The notes under the pieces were generated by a model. It did not search any database. It saw nothing but the letters and a program-made list of their open reading frames with translations, and had not been told where the DNA came from. A stretch of 55,138 nucleotides of DNA, filler included, from Sphacelaria rigidula (Eukaryota): NCBI GenBank assembly GCA_964200075.2. It is 5 parts of 5 records of this genome, joined end to end, with 100 filler letters (N's around TTAATTAATTAA, not from the genome) between each part and the next. Parts side by side here need not be neighbours in the genome. Positions count along the whole stretch, not along the records: positions 22,098 to 33,044 come from CAXNAA020005637.1; positions 33,145 to 44,091 come from CAXNAA020005638.1; 3 more parts are not named here. One strand, 5' to 3'. Made by a program: the position numbers and the translations under genes. Position 1 is the first letter of the stretch, and every line of letters begins with the position of its first letter. Positions 22,475 to 36,420 of this stretch are shown piece by piece.

Positions 22475-24000
22475 TTCACACGCCGAACGGGTCAGCTCGT
22501 TACAGATCCGGGTCAGCTCATTTGGGGCATAGATCATGATCCGTCCGAGGTGAGCTGTCACCCGTACACGTTTCTCCGATGCTGATCCGTAGGACCCGTT
22601 TGACCCGTACAAATTTGCCGAGCGATGAGCCGTACGACCCGGTTCACACGAACACTTTCGTGTACAACTTATCTGCAAACTCGCGTCATCTATACAACAT
22701 CACATAGTTGTGATATATATCACTCGGGTCAGGCAAGCGCAGTAGCTTACCGTCGACCCGTGCGACCCGAATATCATGTACACCAAAAGCTACCCCTGAC
22801 CCGTGGAATCCGAATCTGGTATACAAGAAACCCTTTCTCGCACCCGTAAGATCCGGATGAAGTATGCAAGATCCGGATGAAGTATACAAGTAAAAAAATG
22901 TCAGCTCCTTCACCTGTTCACGTGTATGGCCCGGGTAAAATGCATGTTTACAAGTCCGGACGTTGGCTATAGTAACCCGGGCATGTTGAACATGAAGTAC
23001 GAATATTTTAACTCCAGTGGTTCCACGGTAGGGCAGCATATTTTTTTCCGAAGTGTTCACTGTCGGCGCATCCGAATGAAGTATACAATGAACAGTATTC
23101 AGTAATCCTCACCTGCTAACTCGTGTGGCCCTGGTACAATGTGCATGTTCACAGGTCCGTATGTTGGCTGTAGTATCCTGGGCATATGGAACATGAAGTG
23201 CGTTATTTTTTCCGGGTGGTTCCACGGTAGGGCTGCATATTTTTTCGAAGATGTGCACGGTCGGCGTATCCGAATGAAGTATACAATGAACAATATTTAG
23301 TTGTGCCAGCGGCTGTATGGACGACTGTTTTCATATTTTCAGAGTGTACACTCATGCGCGGCGGGGAAAACAAAAACAAGATACAGCCATAATATGGTCG
23401 ATTGGTTCATCATGACGTTCGGCCGGCGTCAGACGAAAATTCCCGGAGAAGAGTCATTGACGTGTACATTGCCGGCGTTGAAGCACGGGTATCGCCCGCA
23501 AGCCTGCTCGAACATCAGGCGAATGACATTTGCGACCCGTTTCATCTATATACATTTCTCGTGTGGTAGCTATACACCCGGTTGATTTGCACACATGGCG
23601 TGATGACTGACCTGTATGATCCGTGCGATTCGTACATATATGTCCAATGATGATCTGTATGACCCGTGCGATGCATACATGTCTGTCTGATGGTGATCTG
23701 TATGACCCGTACAATCCGCACATGCCTGTCTGATGATGATTTGTATGACCCGTGTGATCCGTACATGATCTTCTAGGGCACATCTATGTAATCCAAATCA
23801 GGTGTACACGAAACGTCAAGGAGAACCTGTGTATCCTTATAACCCGTACAAGATACCTCCCCCTTGATCGATGAGATCGGGATCACGAGGACCGTTCCAT
23901 AACTAGTTGAGCTGTATCACCCGAACCGGGTCCACGTGTTTGTTCACACTTGAGCTGTATGACCCGGATCCTATAGAAAGTGATCCGTCCGACGTATGAA
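22475..24000. mobile_element. Non-autonomous TIR element with internal direct repeats and a minisatellite
   Basis: Left ttcacacgccgaacgggtca...gatccgggtcagctca is the imperfect inverse of right tgagctgtatgacccggatc...gatccgtccgacgtatgaa. About 200-bp direct repeat (22875-23095 vs 23100-23295) and ~40-bp tgatctgtatgacccgt units at 23600-23770. Confidence 0.55.
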
Positions 24001-24055
24001 ACTAATAGAGATCGTCGACTACGAAAAATGACAAAATCTCTATTCCAGCTGAACA

Positions 24056-27000
24056 CTACGAAAGAGCCAACTCCCCAACTTTCCGCGGCCAGAGTGGCCG
24101 TAGAGCACGGTCTATCCCTGGCGTAGACTCCGGGGAAAGTTGTAGTGAAACTATCGAGAATGGAGATCTGGTGTGCGGTAGTACGCAGGCGCGAAGCGAA
24201 GTATATGGGGCGTTACGGACGTGGTAAGCTCGCCGCGGTCCCGATTCGTCTGCAAAATTCGCGAAAAAGTGGGACCGCCCAACCATTTCCACTGCCTGTT
24301 TCGAGAAGCATGATTGCAGCGTAACCAGCACGCGGTTTCAGATGGAGATTCAATGTAATAATGGTTATTATGCAAGGTAACCGACACGCAGTTCAGAATG
24401 CATACTTCATTGTAGCGGTTGTTACCACACGTATATCAGGACAAAATATGTTGCACGATAAGATGAACATCGGGTTTTATTTGTGCAGCCCAATCCGGTT
24501 TCCGTTTCGGCTTCACAAAATCCTTCCCCTAGAGTATGCACTCGTAGCACTGGCATCGTTCTCCCCGAGAGAGTTACGACACACCCGTGCCGTTCTGCTC
24601 TTTTCAGCTCTGGCCTTCTCCAAAGCTGCTGTTACCTCCGGTGGAGGTGTTATTGACCGCCGTCTTGTCTGTCTCATAGCAGCGAGGACGTCAGGCGGGG
24701 GTTTCATCGGTTCGAATGGCACATTATCGCCCTCTGAGGGTATATCACTGTCGTCAGCAGTGTGTTCATCACCACCAGCCTCGGTGGTGATATTGGCATC
24801 ATGTTCATGATTCCGCGCGGCATCTCGATATGGGTCCACCGACTTGTGGGAAGGAAACAAATGTCGAAGCTCATCGTCAGTCGGTGGTCGTCCTCGACAG
24901 GGATCAATATCTCCAACAAGCGGATCATTGTCTCTGCAAAAGGTCTTGCCATTGCCACCACCACCACCAATATTTGCATCCCCTAGGATGGAGCCCATGG
25001 TACGTGCAACGGCGACCCAAACACCGCCTCCGGTCCCGGCTATCAGCTTGCTCGACGGCGAAGCTTCGGTCGCTCTATCACGCTCGGAGGTTTTTGTTGA
25101 CCCTGCCAAGTCTGATGGATGCCATACATGACTCTCACCCGTGCTATCATGACGACCGCGCATCTCGTTCGTCGCCCGGTCCACCTGACGTTCGTTTTGA
25201 TCAAATTCAAGTCGCGGTACATTTCGGTATCCATTGCATGGCATGGCCTGGTGCCGTGCCCTAGCAACATCATATTTATGCTGTTCGTAGCCATTTTTTT
25301 GCCGCAGGGCAGGGCCGATGTCCTGAATCTTCAAATGCTCGGCGTATTTGAGACATTGCGCAGAAGATGACTGAGCCATGAACTGATCTGTATTGGCGGA
25401 GCCGTTATCAAGGATGTAGCCGTCGTTGTGGTCGATGAGGCCCGAGTGACGTGAAGGGTTCATCGCGGTCCTGTCTCGCACGAGCATGCTCCCACTGTTT
25501 AACGCCCTGCTCCGGACCGTTGCACCATACGCAGTTGTTAAGCTACTGCTATTACGGGTCGTTACTATTAACGGGACTCTTTCTTCAGACTTTTTCGACT
25601 TTTTCGGAATTTTTTCCGACTCCCCCTCCCCCCCCTACGAAAAATGTCGCAATAAAGTCCAACGCTGGATTTTTCGAGTAGTATGTAGTCAGTCTTGAAC
25701 TGTTTCAACCCTTGACCTGGTTGAAAAATCTGCCGCCACATTTTTCGAGGAGGGAGCTTCGTTTTCTTTCGAAAACATCGGAAAAGCCTGAAAAAAAAAC
25801 AGCCCCGAAAATCACGACCTCAAGGAGTCTGGGTAATTGGCAATCGAGGATGAAGATGGAAGGAAGTACCTAGGCGAAAAACAGGACTAACCCTCCATTG
25901 TCATGTATGGTGCCATAAATCCTGACCCTAGCCGTAACCATGACCCCACCCCTTGGACTGTCAGATCGATTCCAAACGATGCGTTTGCCGCGCTTGTCGC
26001 CACATTTTTGACCCCGGGAGGTTCCAATGGCACCGACGCTTGCCTCTAGCGCCATGTGCTATGGTGTATGACAGTGAGGAACAAGCAGTGGACTACTCGC
26101 GTATCGCAGACCATGACATACCTGTGAAGGGTCTTGCTGTTGTTCTCGGGAGACGCCGCGTTATCTCTCCGTATCTCGCCGTCGTCGCTCATTCGCTGCG
26201 TCCCTCGTCGACCGTGTTCTCTTTGAGCCTCGCCCCTGCCGTATGCCCCCGTTATTTGGTGCTGACTCGAGGTGGAGTCTTCTACTGATACGGTGGTCCC
26301 CGCACAGTTGGTGCCGTTGCTTTCGATTAGGCCAAACTGATTTTGATCATCGTGCCGTTGAGATCGCTCGGTTCCAACTCGGTTGGCATCAAAATAGCTG
26401 TCCCTGTACCGTGCGTGCTTGTTCTCGCCGTGAAGGGACCCTGAGTGTTCACCGCCATCACTCCTGAATAATTTCCCTCCACCGTGCAAGTCATCCCGGA
26501 CCCAGTTATGAGAACACGGTCCGGTCGAGAAGGTCTTGCAGTAGCCAGATGCCCCATTCGGAAAGGAGCAAAAGAGCGTACAGGGGCAGAAAATTGAAAT
26601 AATGAATGCAGACAGTACTATATCGGATTGGACGCGCACTAACATATTGGCAGCTGTATTCGAGGCTCGATGCCTGCACTGCAGCCATCAATGACTTTGC
26701 ATGGTATGCCATATTGATCCCGCGTCGCCGAATACCACAAGAATGTTCTCAGTATGAACAGGCTTGTACAATCGCAGAGAACCGTTGTCCTCAAATAGGT
26801 TGAAACAGGACGGTTAATCGTTTGTGACGATTACGATCGACTGATGTTTCCACACGCTGATGCCTATATCGAGGGCTCAAGACCTTCTCTGAAATTCACT
26901 TCTGATTGTCTCTGTGGTCTGACCTGTGAGGCTGCGGGTGCTTCTTCAATCCTCTCGACATACTCCAACGTTTGCCGAAGAGCTTTAGACGGACGACCTC

Positions 27001-30000
27001 GGTTGAACACGGGTCCAGCGCTCAGCACACCTTCTTTTGGGGTGAACCCCGCCTTGTTACGCTGACCGAGCCTGCCGCCATTTTCTACAAGAGACTTGGC
27101 GCAATCTAGATTCCCATGCCATACCTATGAAGCCACGCAGGAGGAGGAACGCGTGACCACAATCGTTGGACTCAGAGTGTACTTGGGACAGCAGCTAGAC
27201 GCCCGGGTCGCCTATGCTTGACTGGGAAAAGAGCGAAAAATGGCCATGTTTTGACCGACCTGCTTTTTCTCGGCCGCGAGGCTGCGCGGGTCAAGCACCT
27301 ACGTGGTGGAAAGACTGATGTTCTTGGCTAAAAAAACGCCAACGAATGCATTAAAAGAAGCGAGTCCAGCAGTGACTAAATTGAGTAACAGTGAACCGCA
27401 AGGTGACAGGAATCACCTCTAGCCTTACCGCTTTTCTCACGCGCAGTGGGAAACAAGGTTCAAACACGCCCAACTGCAAGAGCAGCGAAGCACGAGGACC
27501 TTTGATGGAGAATTCAGCACCTACTACACCTTCACGGGTAATATGTGGTTGCAGTTGTCTTCTCGCTACCCGTTGGGTGGCAACTTAGTGGCGACGTCGA
27601 AACCCTGATCATTTCTGGCCGACACGGGGGCTCGATTACCCACCGCGAAGTGCATCGCCGTCTCGCCGGCTGCATTGCAACTGTTTGGATCTACTCCAAT
27701 CTCCAGGAGGTGGCGGAGGCATTCCGTGCTACCGGTGGCAGCCGCCACTATCAACGGCGTGTGACCCTGCGGAAGAGTACAACGACAAATGGCAGCAGGT
27801 TAGATCAAGATAGTTTGTAAGTTCATTCGAGATATCCCTAGCCCATTGGAATAGTAATCCTGGCGTACCCTCACGTAGTTCATAAGTTGTGTTTTGGATG
27901 AGATCAGGGGCTCGTAACAATTCTAACCTCAGAAATATTCATGCACCCCTACCGCAGCATCACCCATACCATCAAATCGAGCGTTTCCTTGCGAACTCAT
28001 GAAGTTACCTCCCACCTGGGAATCTTTGGGGGTTGGATTAGCACCCTCTTGCAGTAGTAGCCGAACCATGGCGATATCATCTCGACGACACGCATGGTGG
28101 AGAGGTGTGCGCTTCGCCCTGTCCAGCACATTCGCCCCTCCGGGTCCTCGAGATTTCAAGAGGTACAGGATAGCGAGGGCATCGTCCGATTGAGAGGCAG
28201 TGCAAGCTTCAAATAGCGCTCGGGACAGAACAGCTCGTGATGGTACGCCGGAGGTGTTACCATCGCCCGATGAAATAGCTTCTACGGCCTGGGCAATGGC
28301 AAGGGCAAGAGCAAGGGCAAGAGCAAGGGATGGGCAGCAAGAAGGTGAAAGGAGGCTGTAGAGCCCGTATGTGCCTGATGACATTTATCGCGTCCAAACC
28401 TTGGCATCGAATTTTCAGAATTCCCCCCTGCGTGTGTTCCCGTGCCAACCGCGATGACGGATCTGAGCAATCAATGGCGGACTCTATAGCTGTACAGGCG
28501 CGTCATGACAAGGTATATACACCGCACTGCAGTGGTTTACCTCTTCATAGTCCTCCGGAGCCAGGGTTTCCGGCCAGTAATCTCTGTTCTTTTCTTTTCG
28601 GCGACGCGACAGACAGTTTCTCTTCTCCACGTTATGTGAAGAGCGTCGATGAGGGGCCGGTCCGTCGCGGTGGACGAACTCTCGTCGGTTGGCACTCCTC
28701 GCATCTACCATTGTTCTCCCATCTCGATCCATGGACTTACGAGCTAAACTGCTCCCGGAAATGTCTTCAGTCAACTGATTCCATGTATTAAGTCTGTCTT
28801 CTTCACTTTCGCGGCTATTTTTTCGGGGGAAGACCTTGGGTCCGACAGTCGAAGCATATTCCTGGGGTTCCGCCCCCCCACTATGGTTGCCGGATGCACC
28901 ATCATGATATTCATCCCTTCGCCTAAGAACATTTGGTGGTTGTCGACCACTCCTTGTACCAAGGCTCCCTTCGCCCTCGCAGTTCGGAGTGCGATCCACT
29001 CTGTACGCATTGACTTCCAATTCACGAAGATTCATCACGCGGTCGTCGTGATCTTGTGTTCCTTTCTGTAGGCCAGCCGTCTCGCTATGGCTACCATCGT
29101 GCCTAATTATCGTCTCGGTTGAATTTATTTCACCCCTCCACTCGATCTCGGGCGCTCGATTGTCGGGCTGTCGGATACTACCGCTCGGCTCAGACACCAT
29201 CGGCGGGTTCCAAGACGATTTTCCGCTGGTGTCATTTTGGTAGTAGGTATAGCCGTCTTCGGTTTCATACTTTGTCCACTTAGCAAACCTATCGTCTTTG
29301 GTGTAGTCCTTGTGCTGGTGCTGACCTTCAGAGAGGTGACGTGTTGAGGTTGGTGTCTGGTCTTCACCATCTGGTTTTGCCCACTCTGCGATAGCTGGCG
29401 ACTTATCTGACCCGCCAGACGACTTGCATCTTGACAGCAGCTCCACTTCTTGTCCGATGGACGACGGTGACGCTATGGTGGATCCTCGGTTTCTTAGGAT
29501 CAACAACTTCATTATCTCCACGTGACCTTGAGCTGCCGCTAAATGCAGCGGAGTATTCCCGAAATCGTCCGCCTCTCCTCTTGCACCGGCGAGCACCAAT
29601 GCTTCACATGCATGAAGCACACCAACCTTAGATGCGAGATGTAAAGCCGTTTGACCCGCCGTATCACGAGCGTCTTCCCAAGCTCCGGCTGACAAGAGGG
29701 CCTCTACACATTGTCGTTGACGGCTCGGATTGCTATCATTACGTTCTGGATTTTCGCAAGCGACGTGCAGCGGCGTCCGTCCACAGCTGTCGATAGCATT
29801 CACGTCAGCCCCGCCAGCTATAAGTAGCGACAGGCCCTCTAGCGACTGCTGAGCGGCAGCCATATGCAGAGCGGTTTCTCCCGTCGAATTTCTAGGTACA
29901 GGGAGAACGAAACGTGTGCGGTGAATGCACGGCATAGTATTCGGAGCAACAGCGCGCAGAACTGCCTCGACCGTGTTCCTTCGTGTATATCGTTCGATTT

Positions 30001-31618
30001 GGAGACTATTGAAAGGCTTATCGTGTGAATTTTGGTGGCCTTTGGGCGTCAACGTCAAGGGAATTTCTGGAACAGATCACAATATACCGTGAGGGACCTT
30101 CATGTATGATAATTTGCGCGTGATCTCGCAAGGAATTAGGGGGAACGCTAAAATACAATACCATTCATCGAAGTCGTACCTCGCGTCCGCGTCATACATG
30201 CCCGCCGTGGAAGGGGCAGTACTTCCTGATATCCCCCCAACCCCATGTATGCTCGCTTTAGCACCGGCGTCGCTTACATCCCCGCCAACAGCGTCTTCTT
30301 GTTCCCCCAATGATTCCGTGACCAACTCGTCGTCTCTTTTGACTCCTACTGTGTAATCGGCATTCTGCAGACTTATCGCGCCCTCGGGGTTCCCGTTTCC
30401 GGCAAACACAACCCATTTGCTGTCCCCGGTCCAAGGGTTGTGTAAATAGGGATAGCCTTCAGGGCTTGTATACCTTACCCAATGCTCTTCGCCAGATTTC
30501 GTGGTGACGGGGGTAGCACAGGTGGAGGCTAGATCGGATACAAGGGTGGTGTTCGCAGCACCGCTAGCTTCCGCAGCGGCCACGACACGAATGTTGCCAC
30601 CACTTGAACCTGTTACGTTGGTCTTTGTGTCGGTAGCGCGTTCACCATCTCCGGTAGAACCCGAAATAGCTTCTTGCTCGCCTTGTTGGTTCCCGCCGTG
30701 TTGTGTAGATCCCGTAATACTAATAGAACCACCTGAAGGTCCAAGTCCCCCCCCGGTCGGTAAGGGTATATGTCTCAGAGCTTCTCTCACTGCTCCAACA
30801 AAGTCCTCGTGCCTACTCTTCCTCGGTCTTGATTTTTGTTTTACCAGGCTACCTTCCAAGGCGATGAGGGGGCACTTTTCTTGTCTGTACTCTTCATCAA
30901 GGTGGTGCAGGATGAGCTTCGCTTCGCCAGATTCGTCTTTAAGATTGCCCGCAGCAATACCGGTCGATACCAGGGCTGGGGGCTCATCCGAGGCCGGTAT
31001 CTGCGTTCTGGGGGCATCAAAGTGCGTGTGGGCACGAATCGCTTTTCTCTCTTTCACCTCCTCAGATACACATAATTGAAAGACGGGACCCTCACCCCTT
31101 TCACAATTTTTTAGGTCGAATCCATCCCTCGAGTCAGAGCCAGAGGTGCGTGAAGTAGTCATTCCGATGGCCTTGCGCATCGCCGCAGTCACATCCGCGA
31201 GGTTCAAGCTCTCGCCCATGCTACCCACACTCGACGCCCCAACGCTCTTGAGCTCGGCACTAACCTGCCCGCCATACACAGATATACGGTTTGGAGTATT
31301 CGTGTAAATACCACTAATTTCCTCGTGTGGTGTGCGGTCAACACCCTGTAGTAGTGGTGCTTGGTGGGTATGCTTCGGAGACCACGACGTCTGGATCATC
31401 ATATTTCCCTGTGGCTTTTCCACCCGCTCCTCTTCCGCTGGGATGGTGTCATTCTTATTCTGCCGGGGATCCTTCATTGCAACGTTTTCGGACGTGTTGT
31501 GAATCTGTTTTGCTTCCCATGCCGGTCCGATCTCTTGCATGGGGAACTGGTGGGCTGGTGGGGCATCCGGCGTATGTAAGATCTTGGCGGAGCTCGCACT
31601 TTCTCGAATCATACTCAT
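24056..31618 (-). CDS. Large WW-domain plus ankyrin-repeat protein, spliced (exons 31618-30180, 29891-28541, 28288-28016, 27766-27644, 27124-26924, ~26530-26122, ~25500-24585, 24295-24056)
   Basis: WW domains HWVRYTSPEGYPYLHNPWTGDSKW and KWTKYETEDGYTYYQNDTSGKSSWNPP. Ankyrin motifs GETALHMAA, GRTPLHVAC, GQTALHLAS, GNTPLHLAA, KRTPLHHAC, GHTPLIVAA and GETAMHFA. The first five exons have compatible phases and GT-AG ends; the last three boundaries are less certain. Confidence 0.82.
27813..27960. mobile_element. Partial copy of the 5370-5620 MITE in an intron
   Basis: gatatccctagcccattggaatag...gcacccctaccgcagcat matches 5468-5620. Confidence 0.7.
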
Positions 31619-32709
31619 ACGTATGGCCTCTTGTCTGCAGCTATAAATAGTGTAGGTCCGACACCGCAGTTCTATGTAGGCGCCGATTTACAGATGATAA
31701 TACGCTTAAAATTGAGTAGAACCGAGTGCAGCGATGTGGTCGACTTCAATATCGCACCGAGCGGCAGCGACGTGGGCACGTAAAGCAGTCTTGCCCGCAT
31801 CGTGTCTGATGACTTTGTACGACGGGAGGCAATATACTCTTATTGTACTGTACTGTTGTCATTCCCCCGAGTCCATTTTGACTTCTTAACGAAAAAGTGG
31901 AGGCATCTGGCACCTGGTCTATTTTATTTCGAAAACGAACGACCGTTCATGTTGGTGTCGTCGTGGTTGGTCAAATGTCCCCGGGAGGGGCCGAACAACG
32001 AGCATCCGTCAACGTCGGCATTCGAACATTGTGAGCATCTCTGTGTTGTTTTCTGCAGAAGCTCAAGCTAGGTTGCTAGGATATTTCACAACGGCAGACC
32101 GCCGCGCGACATGTCTAGGCTGTAAAGGCACCACATCAGACAGATGCGAGTCAATCACCGCAGCGCTGTGGCGCCCTCTGCACAAACAAACGTGTATACA
32201 CTCGAATGCTGTTCCGTGTCGCTCACACGCTATGCTGCGGGCAGAAGCGTGCTCGATCGAGTCTCTGGAGACTTTATGCAAACCGTCGTGTATTACTGTG
32301 GTGGTGAGTAACTGTGACATATACATGTATGATGTGTAACGTCTCTAAATCTTGATCTGTGAGTTTGTTGTTAAATGCAACTACTACTCCTCGTATCGCG
32401 CAAGATCATTTCGCCCCCGTGACACGTCACGCGATCTTCATCGAGTTCTTGCAATCAATTTGTCATGCTCCAACTACATACTAACTACGAGTCAGGATGT
32501 GAACTCCTCACGCACTTGCTGAATACATTCTCTAGAAATCTGCTCCTGAACAAATCTACGCTCTATTAGCACAGCCGCAGGTGTAGCGCCCGGTTTTGTC
32601 CCGAGCACGCCGTGAATCTAAACGTGCGCAAGAGCTGGCAAACCGACAACAAAATTCGTGACTGGTCTCACAGATGCGGAAATGATGCTTAAAATAAACT
32701 AGAGATGTC

Positions 32710-32950
32710 ACCGGTCGCCCGCCCCGGTGGCTCAGTTGGTAACCTCATGACCTCCTGATGGTTGAGTAGGAGGGCTCGATTCCCGGAGCGATCTGGAATC
32801 TTTTCTCACACCGTGCCTAACAGTGGAGAGCGACTATGTCGTGCGTACACAAAATTCGACTTAACGATCGACGAGGGAAAGGGACTGCTGAACACCTCTC
32901 GCAATATAAAAAGAAAGACAAGCACCGCAGAAGAAGGAAGGTGGCGTATT
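32710..32950 (+). mobile_element. tRNA-derived SINE
   Basis: A box TGGCTCAGTTGG and B-box-like GGCTCGATTCC. The body is shared with 52736-52960 and the head with 55085-55138. Confidence 0.8.
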
Positions 32951-33044
32951 AAAAAGGGTGAGGCTATTTACAACTCGCGACAAGGGCGCACAAAAAAAAA
33001 AATCCCGGACGCCTACCTCCAGTTTTTGCATTTGATCGGCAGTG

Positions 33045-33144
33045 NNNNNNNNNNNNNNNNNNNNNNNNNNNNNNNNNNNNNNNNNNNNTTAATTAATTAA
33101 NNNNNNNNNNNNNNNNNNNNNNNNNNNNNNNNNNNNNNNNNNNN
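33045..33144. other. Artificial contig spacer
   Basis: N44-TTAATTAATTAA-N44. Confidence 0.98.
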
Positions 33145-33284
33145 GAAATAACCTAGCCAAAACAATTGATTATAGGTTACACGGTTGAACGAGATTGCAC
33201 GAGTTCCACGAACCAGAGGGTCAACAAATACTGCGGGGCGTTTCGGGACATCAGGCTCCAGACAGCTGCGGAAGCTGTGCAGCC

Positions 33285-33622
33285 GCATCGTTGTTGTCTG
33301 TTGCTGTGGTTTTCGCTGTTGTTGTGTGCTGCTGTTCGTCGCTGCCGTGCCGCCGCTGTGTGTTGCTGCTGCTCGCCGCACGGATGTGCTGTTGTTGTGT
33401 GCTGCTGTTCGTCGCTGCAGTGCCGCCGCTGTGTGTTGCTGCTGCTCGCCGCACGGCTATGCTGGTTTTCTGTGCTGTTGTTCGTCGTTGCCGCGCAGCT
33501 GCTGTGTGTCGTTGGTTGTTGCTGCTCTGTACTGTTGATGCTGTTGCTGCTACTGTTGTTGTTTTCTGTTGTCTGTTGTCGTTGTTGTCTATTACTATTG
33601 TTGCTGTTGCTGTTGCTGTTGC

Positions 33623-33682
<60 letters not shown>

Positions 33683-33715
33683 ATGTTGCTGCTGCTGCTG
33701 CTGCTGCTGCTGTTT
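33285..33715. repeat. (GTT/GCT)n microsatellite with a ~73-bp duplicated subunit
   Basis: Pure GTT run at ~33622-33680. gctgctgttcgtcgctgc..tgccgccgctgtgtgttgctgctgctcgccgcacgg occurs twice. Confidence 0.95.
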
Positions 33716-35899
33716 CCACCGTGCTTTCTGCTACCCTGGTTGGCTGTTATTGTCCCGTTTGTTGTATTGTTTTTGCCTCTACCGCCTACTGTCGGCTGTA
33801 CTTTTCTCGCTCGCTATCGCATCGCATGTTGTCATGTGCACGCGCATTTTCCGCCCTCATGTTCTTTATGGACCTTGCTTCCATCTGATCGCACAGTTTT
33901 TGTTTTGCCATTGTCGCCTGCATTGTATCACCTTCGCCTGATCTAGACCTGGTCAGCCATAATATCATCGCTGTACCTAACCAGTAATGATCGTGTTCTA
34001 GACATTCTCTTTATTATTCCGGTAGTTTTGTTGCAAAAAGATTTGGGACAATCAACCCACCATGATCAGTATGTACTTTGTTTCCGGGGTTGCACTTTTA
34101 TTGTGGTCATGAGGATTTGTGGAATGCACATGCAGTAAAGCTTCCACTTTATTTCGATTTTTTTGCTTTTCTTTCATCTTACATACTCGTATTGTCTGCA
34201 TCTCCGCGTGTCGCGTTTACCATAACTGTCTTTTGAGCCCCTCGATTGTATTTTGAGTGCTTTATAATTTTGCGCCGCCGTCGTCTTGCCCTTTCGAGCT
34301 GCACTATTTCTCATTTCATGCTCTGGTAATTTTTTATTGTGTTTGGCGCTCGCGATATTTTCTTTGACCGTGCGGGTGTAGGCTATCTGCAGGGCCTTGT
34401 CTGTTGCGCTGCCTGTACTCATCATGCTTGAGCAGGATTCCGCTTGTAATCGTTTCCTCTATGTGGTTCGCAAGGCCGAAACGCCGAATTTACCGCCCGG
34501 CACATGACATTCCGATCTGCGTCACGTGGTATAAAACCGAGCCATATTTTCACTGACTCCAAGACTTTCAACGCATATTAACCGTGTCCTCTATTACTTC
34601 CTCCCTTGTTTCACCTACACTCTTGCCTTGGGTATGTCACATCCCGATGACGAGACCGGCGCTGCACGTGATTGCTTTGGGGAGGACACGCAGAAACAAT
34701 GAACGGTTTGCTCATGACGGTATGTTCCGGCGTGGAGTGTCAGCAATCTGGTTTGGTATAGCTAATCCCGTGTACCTTTAGGATTCTGGTGGCAGGGTTA
34801 TTGCCTTGGTGTCACTTGACGTGATCTCCATTTTTATCCCACTCTGGTGATCGATTGTATAAGTTTGCTATTCAGCAGGTTGACTTCTTGACGCACCCTG
34901 TACCGTAGTTGACTACTCCCTTGTCCCTTCCTGATACCGTAGTTGGATACTACTTTGTTCTGGTGCTTTACACTTGGCTTTCGATACCATGCAATCACAA
35001 ATATTTCTTGTGCAATGTCTTGTCATAACTTGTGCAGTACGCAGACTTAGGTGCCCTGCTTTATCTTTTTGCCCTTTATGTCTAGCGTACCATGCAAGGT
35101 GACTGCGCGACTACATACCGTGTCTTTGACATTTCCTACAGAGCCTACATATGGTTTTCAGACACTCATTCCGCCGATGTGGTCGCTGAACCCCCTCGGG
35201 GGGGGCGAAGCACGAGTTCCATATTTTTTGCTGGTTGTCGTCTCGCGTGCACATCCTTTGCCACAAAACAACGCGGCTTCCCACCATGAGAACGCCGCAT
35301 GATCAGAAAAGAAATGCACAGGCTTCTTGACCGAGGTGTTGCTCACCCAACTTTCCCCGGCAAAGCGCCCCGCTGAACGATATTCTAAGTATGTAGGAAA
35401 TGTAACCATATTGCTGCACGATGTAGATACACGCGAGCTCTCCTCATGCTGTCAAACTCATGTGCCGCACAACTGCAGCAAGACGTCACCACTTGTCATT
35501 TCTGTGCTTTGTCTCCGTATATTCAGTACAACGTACCTCATTATTGTATTTTTATTCAGCATTCGTTGTCTAATTCTATTTTTTCGCCATAATTATGTCT
35601 ACAGTTTCACAGGATTCGAGAACCTAGGGGGACGACTGCTGAAAAGGTTACAGAATTGTACAAATCTTGGCCCCAGAGAAAGTACGTTTCACGCACACTC
35701 TTGCGCAATCTTACCCTGCCCGACGACCAAATGGAACGCCACATCCACATTCCAGCTGACCCCTGAATTTGTGCCGTGTTTAACTGCATTGCCTGTATCT
35801 GTCACCATGTTGGATTGTCGAGAACTCTACGTTGTTTCAGGCACTGACGGGTGGGGAAAAGGGAAATATTATGAAGGGGGGGGAGGGGGGGGCGTACTC

Positions 35900-36420
35900 A
35901 TTTGTTTCGAGCATCCAAGTAATTCCCATAGCTGCTGTAATCTGCACTATTCCCAGCTCCTTCACCAACTTCACTGCATCCAAGTATTCTCTGAGCTGTT
36001 GCAATCTGTACTGTTCACAACTTGTTCACTAATTTTATTGCATCCAAGTATTCTTTTACCAGCTGCCATTTGTACCGTTTCCGCATCAAAGTACTATTTC
36101 AGCTGCTGCCAGCTGCGCTGCTTCCAATTTCTTCAGCAACTTTACCCCTTGCTTTGCAATGTCTAAAGCTAGTATCAGGTCATCAAAGAATACCTCGAGT
36201 AGAGAGGGTGATAACGTACATCCTGGTGCGACTCCTTGCAAAATATCGAAACATTTCGATACTACCCTGTCTAGCATCATTGCACTTTTGGCACATTTCT
36301 GTCGTCTTCATCGTCCACACTTTTCCTTTGATCACAGTTCCTCATATATTTTCCCACAGCTTCTTCGACCCCGCCATCGCACTCGAAGCACCTCGCGCCC
36401 CCACGTAGTGATGCCTTCAA
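35900..36420 (-). pseudogene. Non-LTR (LINE) reverse transcriptase relic
   Basis: FDILQGVAPGCTLSPSLLEVFFDDLILALDIAKQGV matches the RT motif QGVxQGxxLSP..F..Y..D. Flanks are frameshifted. Confidence 0.8.

Noticed and set aside
28290-28384. LALALALA signal-like N-terminus of ORF 27929-28384
   Set aside because: An intronic hexamer repeat upstream of the acceptor at 28288.
32721-32790. tRNA gene
   Set aside because: A and B boxes are present but there is no clean cloverleaf, and the sequence continues into a repeated SINE body.
33166-33946. Long poly-Leu/Cys/Val/Asn ORFs
   Set aside because: Artefacts of a stop-free trinucleotide microsatellite.
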